This document shows, piece by piece, positions 33,367 through 46,542 of a stretch of 64,000 bases of DNA (position 1 is its first letter; every line of letters begins with the position of its first letter). Made by a program: the position numbers and the translations under genes. A model generated the notes under the pieces. The model had not been told where the DNA came from, did not search any database, and saw only the letters and a list, made by a program, of their open reading frames with translations. The stretch is from Isurus oxyrinchus. Lineage: Eukaryota. The stretch spans positions 10,416,001 to 10,480,000 of the forward strand of contig JANJGN010000006.1 in assembly GCA_026770705.1 (NCBI GenBank). Direction: 5' to 3'.

Positions 33367-35063
33367 CTTGTTGCTGTTTACTCAAACAGCACTGATTTTC
33401 ATCTTAAAAATCTTGACAAACACAATTTCAATTACTTTCATTTGGAAACTACAGGCTAATATGCTCTTAATTTTGGTGCCCACATGGCCCAGGAACACAG
33501 ATGACACAGGCAAGAAGGGTTGGCAATGCATCTGGAATGGGCCACAATATTTCTCAATTTCTTGCTGCAACCAACCGCCCCCCAGCGCCCAATGCCCAAC
33601 ACACATCGCCCATCACCCAACACCCAACTGTTTACCCATTTCACCTGCTGTCCCTGCAGAGAGACAGCTCTCACTTAGAAGAGACTGGCTGGTGGAGAAA
33701 TAACCAGGTGGTGCATGTGGGAGGAAATGAGGGGTTCTGAGCGAACGAGAGAGGATGTGGGCAGAGATTCAGGACAAGGTTAGTAGAGAATGAACAGTGA
33801 CCAGTGGACAGGGTTTGTTTGGCAGGGGTCTGGTGGGGGGGGGCGTGCTGGTGGACAGTGAACTGGGATTGTGATGGGAGTGTTAGTGAATGGTGGAAAG
33901 GGATTAGAGTGTGGGAGTTAGCGTAGGGATTAGGATGGGGAGGGACTGGACAGCGGTTGGTGTTCAGTGGGTGGAGGCAGGACAGAATGTTCAATAGGAG
34001 ATTGACGGTGGAGGGTAGGGGATTGGGGCGAGGGGGGTAGTAAACACTGGGTAGGGGATTAGATTTGGGAGTGGCATGTTTAGTGCATGATCAAGGTTCT
34101 GAGGTCAGGAGGGGAAATTTGGGTACAGGCAGTGGGGCAGAATGCAAGATTTAGTGCGGGAGTCACAGCTTTCCCAAAACGAGGGTCAAAGTCATTTACA
34201 GCTTTAAGTGACTTCACTAAGAAGCAAACATTTGGAAACACTTCATAAGCTAAACAAGCAGATAAGACATTCGACATAACAGGGGGAGAAGAGTTTACCG
34301 GTCCCGGATCAGACAAACCGGTGGGGGAAGCAAACAGGGTGATGCTGTTCTTCATAAACAGGCAGTCTTCTTAGAGCGGTTCACTGGACCCAGAACTGGC
34401 AAACGCATGGAAGAAGAAGCGTAGTGCTGATCTCTGTAGCTAGAGCAATCTCTTCTGCTCTCAGTCTTCTTGAGCTAGATGTAAGTCCAAAGCCAGCACA
34501 GATCCAGTTTAAGAAGAATGGATCCTCCATCCAAAATATATTTTCCCCTCTTGAGAGCCCATTTATATACCTGATTTTAAGGGGCCGGTGAATAGTACGA
34601 CACAATCACCTTTCAGATGTTCACTTTGCAAGGGAGAGATATTCAAGGTAGACCCCTCCTGTTTCCATTGGAAGCCATGAAGTAAGTCATCTTGTGGCCT
34701 ATGGCTTGCTAGGACATGATGTTTAACCTTTACTCAGTTGGTTTAGATATGGATCATGAGATCTCACCTTATCAGGCTTCAGGAATGTCTTGAGCCAGGG
34801 CCTATGTTAGAAGCATGTCCTTGGCAGAAATAAAAGGCAGCCTGAGGAAAAGTGACAGGTGAAAAGTGACTATTCCACACACAGTGCAGGCTTCTGACTG
34901 GCGCCCCTATTAGCACGCGCCCAGGGTGCAGGTGTGACAGGCGTGAAGAGCGCCTGTGCCCTGCTCCTGCCCGGTTGACCAATCAGAAGCGAAGCAGCAG
35001 GAATGATGACTATTTCCTATGCCGTACACACATCAAGCCTGGAGAGCACACAGACCTACAGCA

Positions 35064-35149
35064 CCTTCGATAGCTCAGCTGGTAGAGTGGAGGACTGTAG
35101 TTGTTCCGTGGTCATCCTTAGGTCGCTGGTTCAATTCTGGCTCGAAGGA
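35064..35149 (+). tRNA. tRNA-Tyr-GTA: tRNA-Tyr(GTA), intron, unit 14 (C25T)
   Basis: GTAGAGTGGAGG. Confidence 0.83.
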
Positions 35150-35490
35150 CGTGTGCTTCCTTTTGCCTCGATCCCCCATAGCTTTTTACACCCTCCCAAT
35201 AGGGACTGGCAATCAATACGGTCCTAAATGGGTATTGGGGGGCAAGACAAATGCTGGTGAGTCCCTACTGCCGGGAAACGATCAGGTTAGGGCCGGGGTG
35301 AAGGACGCGCGGGACTCGGAGAACTCCCGCCATAGCGCCGCGGAAAAGCGGCCACCCCGCCCCCTGCGGTGCGCGCGTGCACAGCGGCGGTTTAACACAC
35401 CCTGAGGCAGCGCCTCCCAATGTTAACTTTGAGGTAGTGTCTGCAGCGGATGATCATTCTTTAGCCATTTTACGGCATGGATTTCTATCT

Positions 35491-35563
35491 GGGGGATTAG
35501 CTCAAATGGTAGAGCGCTCGCTTAGCATGTGAGAGGTAGAGGGATCAATGCCCGCATCCTCCA
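35491..35563 (+). tRNA. tRNA-Ala-AGC: tRNA-Ala(AGC), unit 14 (C50A T-stem mismatch)
   Basis: GGTAGAGGGATC. Confidence 0.75.
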
Positions 35564-37260
35564 CTTGTTGCTGTTTACTCAAACAGCACTGATTTTCATC
35601 TTAAAAATCTTGACAAACACAATTTCAATTACTTTCATTTGGAAACTACAGGCTAATATGCTCTTAATTTTGGTGCCCACATGGCCCAGGAACACAGATG
35701 ACACAGGCAAGAAGGGTTGGCAATGCATCTGGAATGGGCCACAATATTTCTCAATTTCTTGCTGCAACCAACCGCCCCCCAGCGCCCAATGCCCAACACA
35801 CATCGCCCATCACCCAACACCCAACTGTTTACCCATTTCACCTGCTGTCCCTGCAGAGAGACAGCTCTCACTTAGAAGAGACTGGCTGGTGGAGAAATAA
35901 CCAGGTGGTGCATGTGGGAGGAAATGAGGGGTTCTGAGCGAACGAGAGAGGATGTGGGCAGAGATTCAGGACAAGGTTAGTAGAGAATGAACAGTGACCA
36001 GTGGACAGGGTTTGTTTGGCAGGGGTCTGGTGGGGGGGGGGCGTGCTGGTGGACAGTGAACTGGGATTGTGATGGGAGTGTTAGTGAATGGTGGAAAGGG
36101 ATTAGAGTGTGGGAGTTAGCGTAGGGATTAGGATGGGGAGGGACTGGACAGCGGTTGGTGTTCAGTGGGTGGAGGCAGGACAGAATGTTGAATAGGAGAT
36201 TGACGGTGGAGGGTAGGGGATTGGGGCGAGGGGGTAGTAAACACTGGGTAGGGGATTAGATTTGGGAGTGGCATGTTTAGTGCATGATCAAGGTTCTGAG
36301 GTCAGGAGGGGAAATTTGGGTACAGGCAGTGGGGCAGAATGCAAGATTTAGTGCGGGAGTCACAGCTTTCCCAAAACGAGGGTCAAAGTCATTTACAGCT
36401 TTAAATGACTTCACTAAGAAGCAAACATTTGGAAACACTTCATAAGCTAAACAAGCAGATAAGACATTCGACATAACAGGGGGAGAAGAGTTTACCGGTC
36501 CCGGATCAGACAAACCGGTGGGGGAAGCAAACAGGGAGATGCTGTTCTTCATAAGTAGGCAGTCTTCTTACAGCGGTTCACTGCACCCAGATCAGGCAAA
36601 CGCATGGAAGAAGAAGCGTAGTGCTGATCTCTGTAGCTAGAGCAATCTCTTCTGCTCTCAGTCTTCTTGAGCTAGATGTAAGTCCAAAGCCAGCATAGAT
36701 CCAGTTTAAGAAGAATGGATCCTCCATCCAAAATATATTTTCCCCTCTTGAGAGCCCATTTATATACCTGATTTTAAGGGGCCGGTGAATAGTACGACAC
36801 AATCACCTTTCAGATGTTCACTTTGCAAGGGAGAGATATTCAAGGTAGACCCCTCCTGTTTCCATTGGAAGCCATGAAGTAAGTCATCTTGTGGCCTATG
36901 GCTTGCTAGGACATGATGTTTAACCTTTACTCAGTTGGTTTAGATATGGATCATGAGATCTCACCTTATCAGGCTTCAGGAATGTCTTGAGCCAGGGCCT
37001 ATGTTAGAAGCATGTCCTTGGCAGAAATAAAAGGCAGCCTGAGGAAAAGTGACAGGTGAAAAGTGACTATTCCACACACAGTGCAGGCTTCTGACTGGCG
37101 CCCCTATTAGCACGCGCCCAGGGTGCAGGTGTGACAGGCGTGAAGAGCGCCTGTGCCCTGCTCCTGCCCGGTTGACCAATCAGAAGCGAAGCAGCAGGAA
37201 TGATGACTATTTCCTCTGCCGTACACACATCAAGCCTGGAGAGCACACAGACCTACAGCA

Positions 37261-37346
37261 CCTTCGATAGCTCAGCTGGTAGAGCGGAGGACTGTAGTTG
37301 TTGCGTGGTCATCCTTAGGTCGCTGGTTCAATTCTGGCTCGAAGGA
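37261..37346 (+). tRNA. tRNA-Tyr-GTA: tRNA-Tyr(GTA), intron, unit 15 (intron variant ttgttgcg)
   Basis: Array consensus exons. Confidence 0.88.
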
Positions 37347-37687
37347 CGTGTGCTTCCTTTTGCCTCGATCCCCCATAGCTTTTTACACCCTCCCAATAGG
37401 GACTGGCAATCAATACGGTCCTAAATGGGTATTGGGGGGCAAGACAAATGCTGATGAGTCCCTACTGCCGGGAAACGATCAGGTTAGGGCCGGGGTGAAG
37501 GACGCGCGGGACTCGGAGAACTCCCGCCATAGCGCCGCGGAAAAGCGGCCACCCCGCCCCCTGCGGTGCGCGCGTGCACAGCGGCGGTTTAACACACCCT
37601 GAGGCAGCGCCTCCCAATGTTAACTTTGAGGTAGTGTCTGCAGCGGATGATCATTCTTTAGCCATTTTACGGCATGGATTTCTATCT

Positions 37688-37760
37688 GGGGGATTAGCTC
37701 AAATGGTAGAGCGCTCGCTTAGCATGTGAGAGGTAGCGGGATCAATGCCCGCATCCTCCA
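37688..37760 (+). tRNA. tRNA-Ala-AGC: tRNA-Ala(AGC), unit 15
   Basis: Array consensus. Confidence 0.9.
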
Positions 37761-39455
37761 CTTGTTGCTGTTTACTCAAACAGCACTGATTTTCATCTTA
37801 AAAATCTTGACAAACACAATTTCAATTACTTTCATTTGGAAACTACAGGCTAATATGCTCTTAATTTTGGTGCCCACATGGCCCAGGAACACAGATGACA
37901 CAGGCAAGAAGGGTTGGCAATGCATCTGGAATGGGCCACAATATTTCTCAATTTCTTGCTGCAACCAACCGCCCCCCAGCGCCCAATGCCCAACACACAT
38001 CGCCCATCACCCAACACCCAACTGTTTACCCATTTCACCTGCTGTCCCTGCAGAGAGACAGCTCTCACTTAGAAGAGACTGGCTGGTGGAGAAATAACCA
38101 GGTGGTGCATGTGGGAGGAAATGAGGGGTTCTGAGCGAACGAGAGAGGATGTGGGCAGAGATTCAGGACAAGGTTAGTAGAGAATGAACAGTGACCAGTG
38201 GACAGGGTTTGTTTGGCAGGGGTCTGGTGGGGGGGGCGTGCTGGTGGACAGTGAACTGGGATTGTGATGGGAGTGTTAGTAAATGGTGGAAAGGGATTAG
38301 AGTGTGGGAGTTAGTGTAGGGATTGGGACGGGGATGGACTGGACAGCGGTTGGTGTTCAGTGGGTGGAGGCAGGACAGAATGTTGAATAGGAGATTGACG
38401 GTGGAGGGTAGGGGATTGGGGCGAGGGGGTAGTAAACACTGGGTAGGGGATTAGATTTGGGAGTGGCATGTTTAGTGCATGATCAAGGTTCTGAGGTCAG
38501 GAGGGGAAATTTGGGTACAGGCAGTGGGGCAGAATGCAAGATTTAGTGCGGGAGTCACAGCTTTCCCAAAAAGAGGGTCAAAGTCATTTACAGCTTTAAA
38601 TGACTTCACTAAGAAGCAAACATTTGGAAACACTTCATAAGCTAAACAAGCAGATAAGACATTCGACATAACAGGGGGAGAAGAGTTTACCGGTCCCGGA
38701 TCAGACAAACCGATGGGGGAAGCAAACAGGGTGATGCTGTTCTTCATAAACAGGCAGTCTTCTTAGAGCGGTTCACTGGACCCAGAACTGGCAAACGCAT
38801 GGAAGAAGAAGCGTAGTGCTGATCTCTGTAGCTAGAGCAATCTCTTCTGCTCTCAGTCTTCTTGAGCTAGATGTAAGTCCAAAGCCAGCACAGATCCAGT
38901 TTAAGAAGAATGGATCCTCCATCCAAAATATATTTTCCCCTCTTGAGAGCCCATTTATATACCTGATTTTAAGGGGCCGGTGAATAGTACGACACAATCA
39001 CCTTTCAGATGTTCACTTTGCAAGGGAGAGATATTCAAGGTAGACCCCTCCTGTTTCCATTGGAAGCCATGAAGTAAGTCATCTTGTGGCCTATGGCTTG
39101 CTAGGACATGATGTTTAACCTTTACTCAGTTGGTTTAGATATGGATCATGAGATCTCACCTTATCAGGCTTCAGGAATGTCTTGAGCCAGGGCCTATGTT
39201 AGAAGCATGTCCTTGGCAGAAATAAAAGGCAGCCTGAGGAAAAGTGACAGGTGAAAAGTGACTATTCCACACACAGTGCAGGCTTCTGACTGGCGCCCCT
39301 ATTAGCACGCGCCCAGGGTGCAGGTGTGACAGGCGTGAAGAGCGCCTGTGCCCTGCTCCTGCCCGGTTGACCAATCAGAAGCGAAGCAGCAGGAATGATG
39401 ACTATTTCCTCTGCCGTACACACATCAAGCCTGGAGAGCACACAGACCTACAGCA

Positions 39456-39541
39456 CCTTCGATAGCTCAGCTGGTAGAGTGGAGGACTGTAGTTGTTCCG
39501 TGGTCATCCTTAGGTCGCTGGTTCAATTCTGGCTCGAAGGA
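39456..39541 (+). tRNA. tRNA-Tyr-GTA: tRNA-Tyr(GTA), intron, unit 16 (C25T)
   Basis: GTAGAGTGGAGG. Confidence 0.83.
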
Positions 39542-39882
39542 CGTGTGCTTCCTTTTGCCTCGATCCCCCATAGCTTTTTACACCCTCCCAATAGGGACTG
39601 GCAATCAATACGGTCCTAAATGGGTATTGGGGGGCAAGACAAATGCTGGTGAGTCCCTACTGCCGGGAAACGATCAGGTTAGGGCCGGGGTGAAGGACGC
39701 GCGGGACTCGGAGAACTCCCGCCATAGCGCCGCGGAAAAGCGGCCACCCCGCCCCCTGCGGTGCGCGCGTGCACAGCGGCGGTTTAACACACCCTGAGGC
39801 AGCGCCTCCCAATGTTAACTTTGAGGTAGTGTCTGCAGCGGATGATCATTCTTTAGCCATTTTACGGCATGGATTTCTATCT

Positions 39883-39955
39883 GGGGGATTAGCTCAAATG
39901 GTAGAGCGCTCGCTTAGCATGTGAGAGGTAGCGGGATCAATGCCCGCATCCTCCA
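39883..39955 (+). tRNA. tRNA-Ala-AGC: tRNA-Ala(AGC), unit 16
   Basis: Array consensus. Confidence 0.9.
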
Positions 39956-41650
39956 CTTGTTGCTGTTTACTCAAACAGCACTGATTTTCATCTTAAAAAT
40001 CTTGACAAACACAATTTCAATTACTTTCATTTGGAAACTACAGGCTAATATGCTCTTAATTTTGGTGCCCACATGGCCCAGGAACACAGATGACACAGGC
40101 AAGAAGGGTTGGCAATGCATCTGGAATGGGCCACAATATTTCTCAATTTCTTGCTGCAACCAACCGCCCCCCAGCGCCCAATGCCCAACACACATCGCCC
40201 ATCACCCAACACCCAACTGTTTACCCATTTCACCTGCTGTCCCTGCAGAGAGACAGCTCTCACTTAGAAGAGACTGGCTGGTGGAGAAATAACCAGGTGG
40301 TGCATGTGGGAGGAAATGAGGGGTTCTGAGCGAACGAGAGAGGATGTGGGCAGAGATTCAGGACAAGGTTAGTAGAGAATGAACAGTGACCAGTGGACAG
40401 GGTTTGTTTGGCAGGGGTCTGGTGGGGGGGGCGTGCTGGTGGACAGTGAACTGGGATTGTGATGGGAGTGTTAGTAAATGGTGGAAAGGGATTAGAGTGT
40501 GGGAGTTAGTGTAGGGATTGGGACGGGGATGGACTGGACAGCGGTTGGTGTTCAGTGGGTGGAGGCAGGACAGAATGTTGAATAGGAGATTGACGGTGGA
40601 GGGTAGGGGATTGGGGCGAGGGGGTAGTAAACACTGGGTAGGGGATTAGATTTGGGAGTGGCATGTTTAGTGCATGATCAAGGTTCTGAGGTCAGGAGGG
40701 GAAATTTGGGTACAGGCAGTGGGGCAGAATGCAAGATTTAGTGCGGGAGTCACAGCTTTCCCAAAACGAGGGTCAAAGTCATTTACAGCTTTAAGTGACT
40801 TCACTAAGAAGCAAACATTTGGAAACACTTCATAAGCTAAACAAGCAGATAAGACATTCGACATAACAGGGGGAGAAGAGTTTACCGGTCCCGGATCAGA
40901 CAAACCGGTGGGGGAAGCAAACAGGGTGATGCTGTTCTTCATAAACAGGCAGTCTTCTTAGAGCGGTTCACTGGACCCAGAACTGGCAAACGCATGGAAG
41001 AAGAAGCGTAGTGCTGATCTCTGTAGCTAGAGCAATCTCTTCTGCTCTCAGTCTTCTTGAGCTAGATGTAAGTCCAAAGCCAGCACAGATCCAGTTTAAG
41101 AAGAATGGATCCTCCATCCAAAATATATTTTCCCCTCTTGAGAGCCCATTTATATACCTGATTTTAAGGGGCCGGTGAATAGTACGACACAATCACCTTT
41201 CAGATGTTCACTTTGCAAGGGAGAGATATTCAAGGTAGACCCCTCCTGTTTCCATTGGAAGCCATGAAGTAAGTCATCTTGTGGCCTATGGCTTGCTAGG
41301 ACATGATGTTTAACCTTTACTCAGTTGGTTTAAATATGGATCATGAGATCTCACCTTATCAGGCTTCAGGAATGTCTTGAGCCAGGGCCTATGTTAGAAG
41401 CATGTCCTTGGCAGAAATAAAAGGCAGCCTGAGGAAAAGTGACAGGTGAAAAGTGACTATTCCACACACAGTGCAGGCTTCTGACTGGCGCCCCTATTAG
41501 CACGCGCCCAGGGTGCAGGTGTGACAGGCGTGAAGAGCGCCTGTGCCCTGCTCCTGCCCGGTTGACCAATCAGAAGCGAAGCAGCAGGAATGATGACTAT
41601 TTCCTCTGCCGTACACACATCAAGCCTGGAGAGCACACAGACCTACAGCA

Positions 41651-41736
41651 CCTTCGATAGCTCAGCTGGTAGAGTGGAGGACTGTAGTTGTTCCGTGGTC
41701 ATCCTTAGGTCGCTGGTTCAATTCTGGCTCGAAGGA
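41651..41736 (+). tRNA. tRNA-Tyr-GTA: tRNA-Tyr(GTA), intron, unit 17 (C25T)
   Basis: GTAGAGTGGAGG. Confidence 0.83.
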
Positions 41737-42077
41737 CGTGTGCTTCCTTTTGCCTCGATCCCCCATAGCTTTTTACACCCTCCCAATAGGGACTGGCAAT
41801 CAATACGGTCCTAAATGGGTATTGGGGGGCAAGACAAATGCTGGTGAGTCCCTACTGCCGGGAAACGATCAGGTTAGGGCCGGGGTGAAGGACGCGCGGG
41901 ACTCGGAGAACTCCCGCCATAGCGCCGCGGAAAAGCGGCCACCCCGCCCCCTGCGGTGCGCGCGTGCACAGCGGCAATTTAACACACCCTGAGGCAGCGC
42001 CTCCCAATGTTAACTTTGAGGTAGTGTCTGCAGCAGATGATCATTCTTTAGCCATTTTACGGCATGGATTTCTATCG

Positions 42078-42150
42078 GGGGGATTAGCTCAAATGGTAGA
42101 GCGCTCGCTTAGCATGTGAGAGGTAGCGGGATCAATGCCCGCATCCTCCA
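42078..42150 (+). tRNA. tRNA-Ala-AGC: tRNA-Ala(AGC), unit 17
   Basis: Array consensus. Confidence 0.9.
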
Positions 42151-43845
42151 CTTGTTGCTGTTTACTCAAACAGCACTGATTTTCATCTTAAAAATCTTGA
42201 CAAACACAATTTCAATTACTTTCATTTGGAAACTACAGGCTAATATGCTCTTAATTTTGGTGCCCACATGGCCCAGGAACACAGATGACACAGGCAAGAA
42301 GGGTTGGCAATGCATCTGGAATGGGCCACAATATTTCTCAATTTCTTGCTGCAACCAACCGCCCCCCAGCGCCCAATGCCCAACACACATCGCCCATCAC
42401 CCAACACCCAACTGTTTACCCATTTCACCTGCTGTCCCTGCAGAGAGACAGCTCTCACTTAGAAGAGACTGGCTGGTGGAGAAATAACCAGGTGGTGCAT
42501 GTGGGAGGAAATGAGGGGTTCTGAGCGAACGAGAGAGGATGTGGGCAGAGATTCAGGACAAGGTTAGTAGAGAATGAACAGTGACCAGTGGACAGGGTTT
42601 GTTTGGCAGGGGTCTGGTGGGGGGGGCGTGCTGGTGGACAGTGAACTGGGATTGTGATGGGAGTGTTAGTAAATGGTGGAAAGGGATTAGAGTGTGGGAG
42701 TTAGTGTAGGGATTGGGACGGGGATGGACTGGACAGCGGTTGGTGTTCAGTGGGTGGAGGCAGGACAGAATGTTGAATAGGAGATTGACGGTGGAGGGTA
42801 GGGGATTGGGGCGAGGGGGTAGTAAACACTGGGTAGGGGATTAGATTTGGGAGTGGCATGTTTAGTGCATGATCAAGGTTCTGAGGTCAGGAGGGGAAAT
42901 TTGGGTACAGGCAGTGGGGCAGAATGCAAGATTTAGTGCGGGAGTCACAGCTTTCCCAAAAAGAGGGTCAAAGTCATTTACAGCTTTAAATGACTTCACT
43001 AAGAAGCAAACATTTGGAAACACTTCATAAGCTAAACAAGCAGATAAGACATTCGACATAACAGGGGGAGAAGAGTTTACCGGTCCCGGATCAGACAAAC
43101 CGATGGGGGAAGCAAACAGGGTGATGCTGTTCTTCATAAACAGGCAGTCTTCTTAGAGCGGTTCACTGGACCCAGAACTGGCAAACGCATGGAAGAAGAA
43201 GCGTAGTGCTGATCTCTGTAGCTAGAGCAATCTCTTCTGCTCTCAGTCTTCTTGAGCTAGATGTAAGTCCAAAGCCAGCATAGATCCAGTTTAAGAAGAA
43301 TGGATCCTCCATCCAAAATATATTTTCCCCTCTTGAGAGCCCATTTATATACCTGATTTTAAGGGGCCGGTGAATAGTACGACACAATCACCTTTCAGAT
43401 GTTCACTTTGCAAGGGAGAGATATTCAAGGTAGACCCCTCCTGTTTCCATTGGAAGCCATGAAGTAAGTCATCTTGTGGCCTATGGCTTGCTAGGACATG
43501 ATGTTTAACCTTTACTCAGTTGGTTTAAATATGGATCATGAGATCTCACCTTATCAGGCTTCAGGAATGTCTTGAGCCAGGGCCTATGTTAGAAGCATGT
43601 CCTTGGCAGAAATAAAAGGCAGCCTGAGGAAAAGTGACAGGTGAAAAGTGACTATTCCACACACAGTGCAGGCTTCTGACTGGCGCCCCTATTAGCACGC
43701 GCCCAGGGTGCAGGTGTGACAGGCGTGAAGAGCGCCTGTGCCCTGCTCCTGCCCGGTTGACCAATCAGAAGCGAAGCAGCAGGAATGATGACTATTTCCT
43801 CTGCCGTACACACATCAAGCCTGGAGAGCACACAGACCTACAGCA

Positions 43846-43931
43846 CCTTCGATAGCTCAGCTGGTAGAGCGGAGGACTGTAGTTGTTCCGTGGTCATCCT
43901 TAGGTCGCTGGTTCAATTCCGGCTCGAAGGA
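43846..43931 (+). tRNA. tRNA-Tyr-GTA: tRNA-Tyr(GTA), intron, unit 18 (canonical T-stem)
   Basis: TTCAATTCCGGC. Confidence 0.95.
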
Positions 43932-44272
43932 CGTGTGCTTCCTTTTGCCTCGATCCCCCATAGCTTTTTACACCCTCCCAATAGGGACTGGCAATCAATA
44001 CGGTCCTAAATGGGTATTGGGGGGCAAGACAAATGCTGGTGAGTCCCTACTGCCGGGAAACGATCAGGTTAGGGCCGGGGTGAAGGACGCGCGGGACTCG
44101 GAGAACTCCCGCCATAGCGCCGCGGAAAAGCGGCCACCCCGCCCCCTGCGGTGCGCGCGTGCACAGCGGCGGTTTAACACACCCTGAGGCAGCGCCTCCC
44201 AATGTTAACTTTGAGGTAGTGTCTGCAGCGGATGATCATTCTTTAGCCATTTTACGGCATGGATTTCTATCT

Positions 44273-44345
44273 GGGGGATTAGCTCAAATGGTAGAGCGCT
44301 CGCTTAGCATGTGAGAGGTAGCGGGATCAATGCCCGCATCCTCCA
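44273..44345 (+). tRNA. tRNA-Ala-AGC: tRNA-Ala(AGC), unit 18
   Basis: Array consensus. Confidence 0.9.
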
Positions 44346-46042
44346 CTTGTTGCTGTTTACTCAAACAGCACTGATTTTCATCTTAAAAATCTTGACAAAC
44401 ACAATTTCAATTACTTTCATTTGGAAACTACAGGCTAATATGCTCTTAATTTTGGTGCCCACATGGCCCAGGAACACAGATGACACAGGCAAGAAGGGTT
44501 GGCAATGCATCTGGAATGGGCCACAATATTTCTCAATTTCTTGCTGCAACCAACCGCCCCCCAGCGCCCAATGCCCAACACACATCGCCCATCACCCAAC
44601 ACCCAACTGTTTACCCATTTCACCTGCTGTCCCTGCAGAGAGACAGCTCTCACTTAGAAGAGACTGGCTGGTGGAGAAATAACCAGGTGGTGCATGTGGG
44701 AGGAAATGAGGGGTTCTGAGCGAACGAGAGAGGATGTGGGCAGAGATTCAGGACAAGCTTAGTAGTGAATGAACAGTGACCAGTGGACAGGGTTTGTTTG
44801 GCAGGGGTCTGGTGGGGGGGGGCGTGCTGGTGGACAGTGAACTGGGATTGTGATGGGAGTGTTAGTGAATGGTGGAAAGGGATTAGAGTGTGGGAGTTAG
44901 CGTAGGGATTAGGATGGGGAGGGACTGGACAGCGGTTGGTGTTCAGTGGGTGGAGGCAGGACAGAATGTTCAATAGGAGATTGACGGTGGAGGGTAGGGG
45001 ATTGGGGCGAGGGGGTAGTAAACACTGGGTAGGGGATTAGATTTGGGAGTGGTCATGTTTAGTGCATGATCAAGGTTCTGAGGTCAGGAGGGGAAATTTG
45101 GGTACAGGCAGTGGGGCAGAATGCAAGATTTAGTGCGGGAGTCACAGCTTTCCCAAAACGAGGGTCAAAGTCATTTACAGCTTTAAGTGACTTCACTAAG
45201 AAGCAAACATTTGGAAACACTTCATAAGCTAAACAAGCAGATAAGACATTCGACATAACAGGGGGAGAAGAGTTTACCGGTCCCGGATCAGACAAACCGG
45301 TGGGGGAAGCAAACAGGGTGATGCTGTTCTTCATAAACAGGCAGTCTTCTTAGAGCGGTTCACTGGACCCAGAACTGGCAAACGCATGGAAGAAGAAGCG
45401 TAGTGCTGATCTCTGTAGCTAGAGCAATCTCTTCTGCTCTCAGTCTTCTTGAGCTAGATGTAAGTCCAAAGCCAGCACAGATCCAGTTTAAGAAGAATGG
45501 ATCCTCCATCCAAAATATATTTTCCCCTCTTGAGAGCCCATTTATATACCTGATTTTAAGGGGCCGGTGAATAGTACGACACAATCACCTTTCAGATGTT
45601 CACTTTGCAAGGGAGAGATATTCAAGGTAGACCCCTCCTGTTTCCATTGGAAGCCATGAAGTAAGTCATCTTGTGGCCTATGGCTTGCTAGGACATGATG
45701 TTTAACCTTTACTCAGTTGGTTTAGATATGGATCATGAGATCTCACCTTATCAGGCTTCAGGAATGTCTTGAGCCAGGGCCTATGTTAGAAGCATGTCCT
45801 TGGCAGAAATAAAAGGCAGCCTGAGGAAAAGTGACAGGTGAAAAGTGACTATTCCACACACAGTGCAGGCTTCTGACTGGCGCCCCTATTAGCACGCGCC
45901 CAGGGTGCAGGTGTGACAGGCGTGAAGAGCGCCTGTGCCCTGCTCCTGCCCGGTTGACCAATCAGAAGCGAAGCAGCAGGAATGATGACTATTTCCTCTG
46001 CCGTACACACATCAAGCCTGGAGAGCACACAAACCTACAGCA

Positions 46043-46128
46043 CCTTCGATAGCTCAGCTGGTAGAGCGGAGGACTGTAGTTGTTCCGTGGTCATCCTTAG
46101 GTCGCTGGTTCAATTCTGGCTCGAAGGA
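46043..46128 (+). tRNA. tRNA-Tyr-GTA: tRNA-Tyr(GTA), intron, unit 19
   Basis: Array consensus. Confidence 0.88.
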
Positions 46129-46469
46129 CGTGTGCTTCCTTTTGCCTCGATCCCCCATAGCTTTTTACACCCTCCCAATAGGGACTGGCAATCAATACGG
46201 TCCTAAATGGGTATTGGGGGGCAAGACAAATGCTGGTGAGTCCCTACTGCCGGGAAACGATCAGGTTAGGGCCGGGGTGAAGGACGCGCGGGACTCGGAG
46301 AACTCCCGCCATAGCGCCGCGGAAAAGCGGCCACCCCGCCCCCTGCGGTGCGCGCGTGCACAGCGGCGGTTTAACACACCCTGAGGCAGCGCCTCCCAAT
46401 GTTAACTTTGAGGTAGTGTCTGCAGCGGATGATCATTCTTTAGCCATTTTACGGCATGGATTTCTATCT

Positions 46470-46542
46470 GGGGGATTAGCTCAAATGGTAGAGCGCTCGC
46501 TTAGCATGTGAGAGGTAGCGGGATCAATGCCCGCATCCTCCA
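46470..46542 (+). tRNA. tRNA-Ala-AGC: tRNA-Ala(AGC), unit 19
   Basis: Array consensus. Confidence 0.9.
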
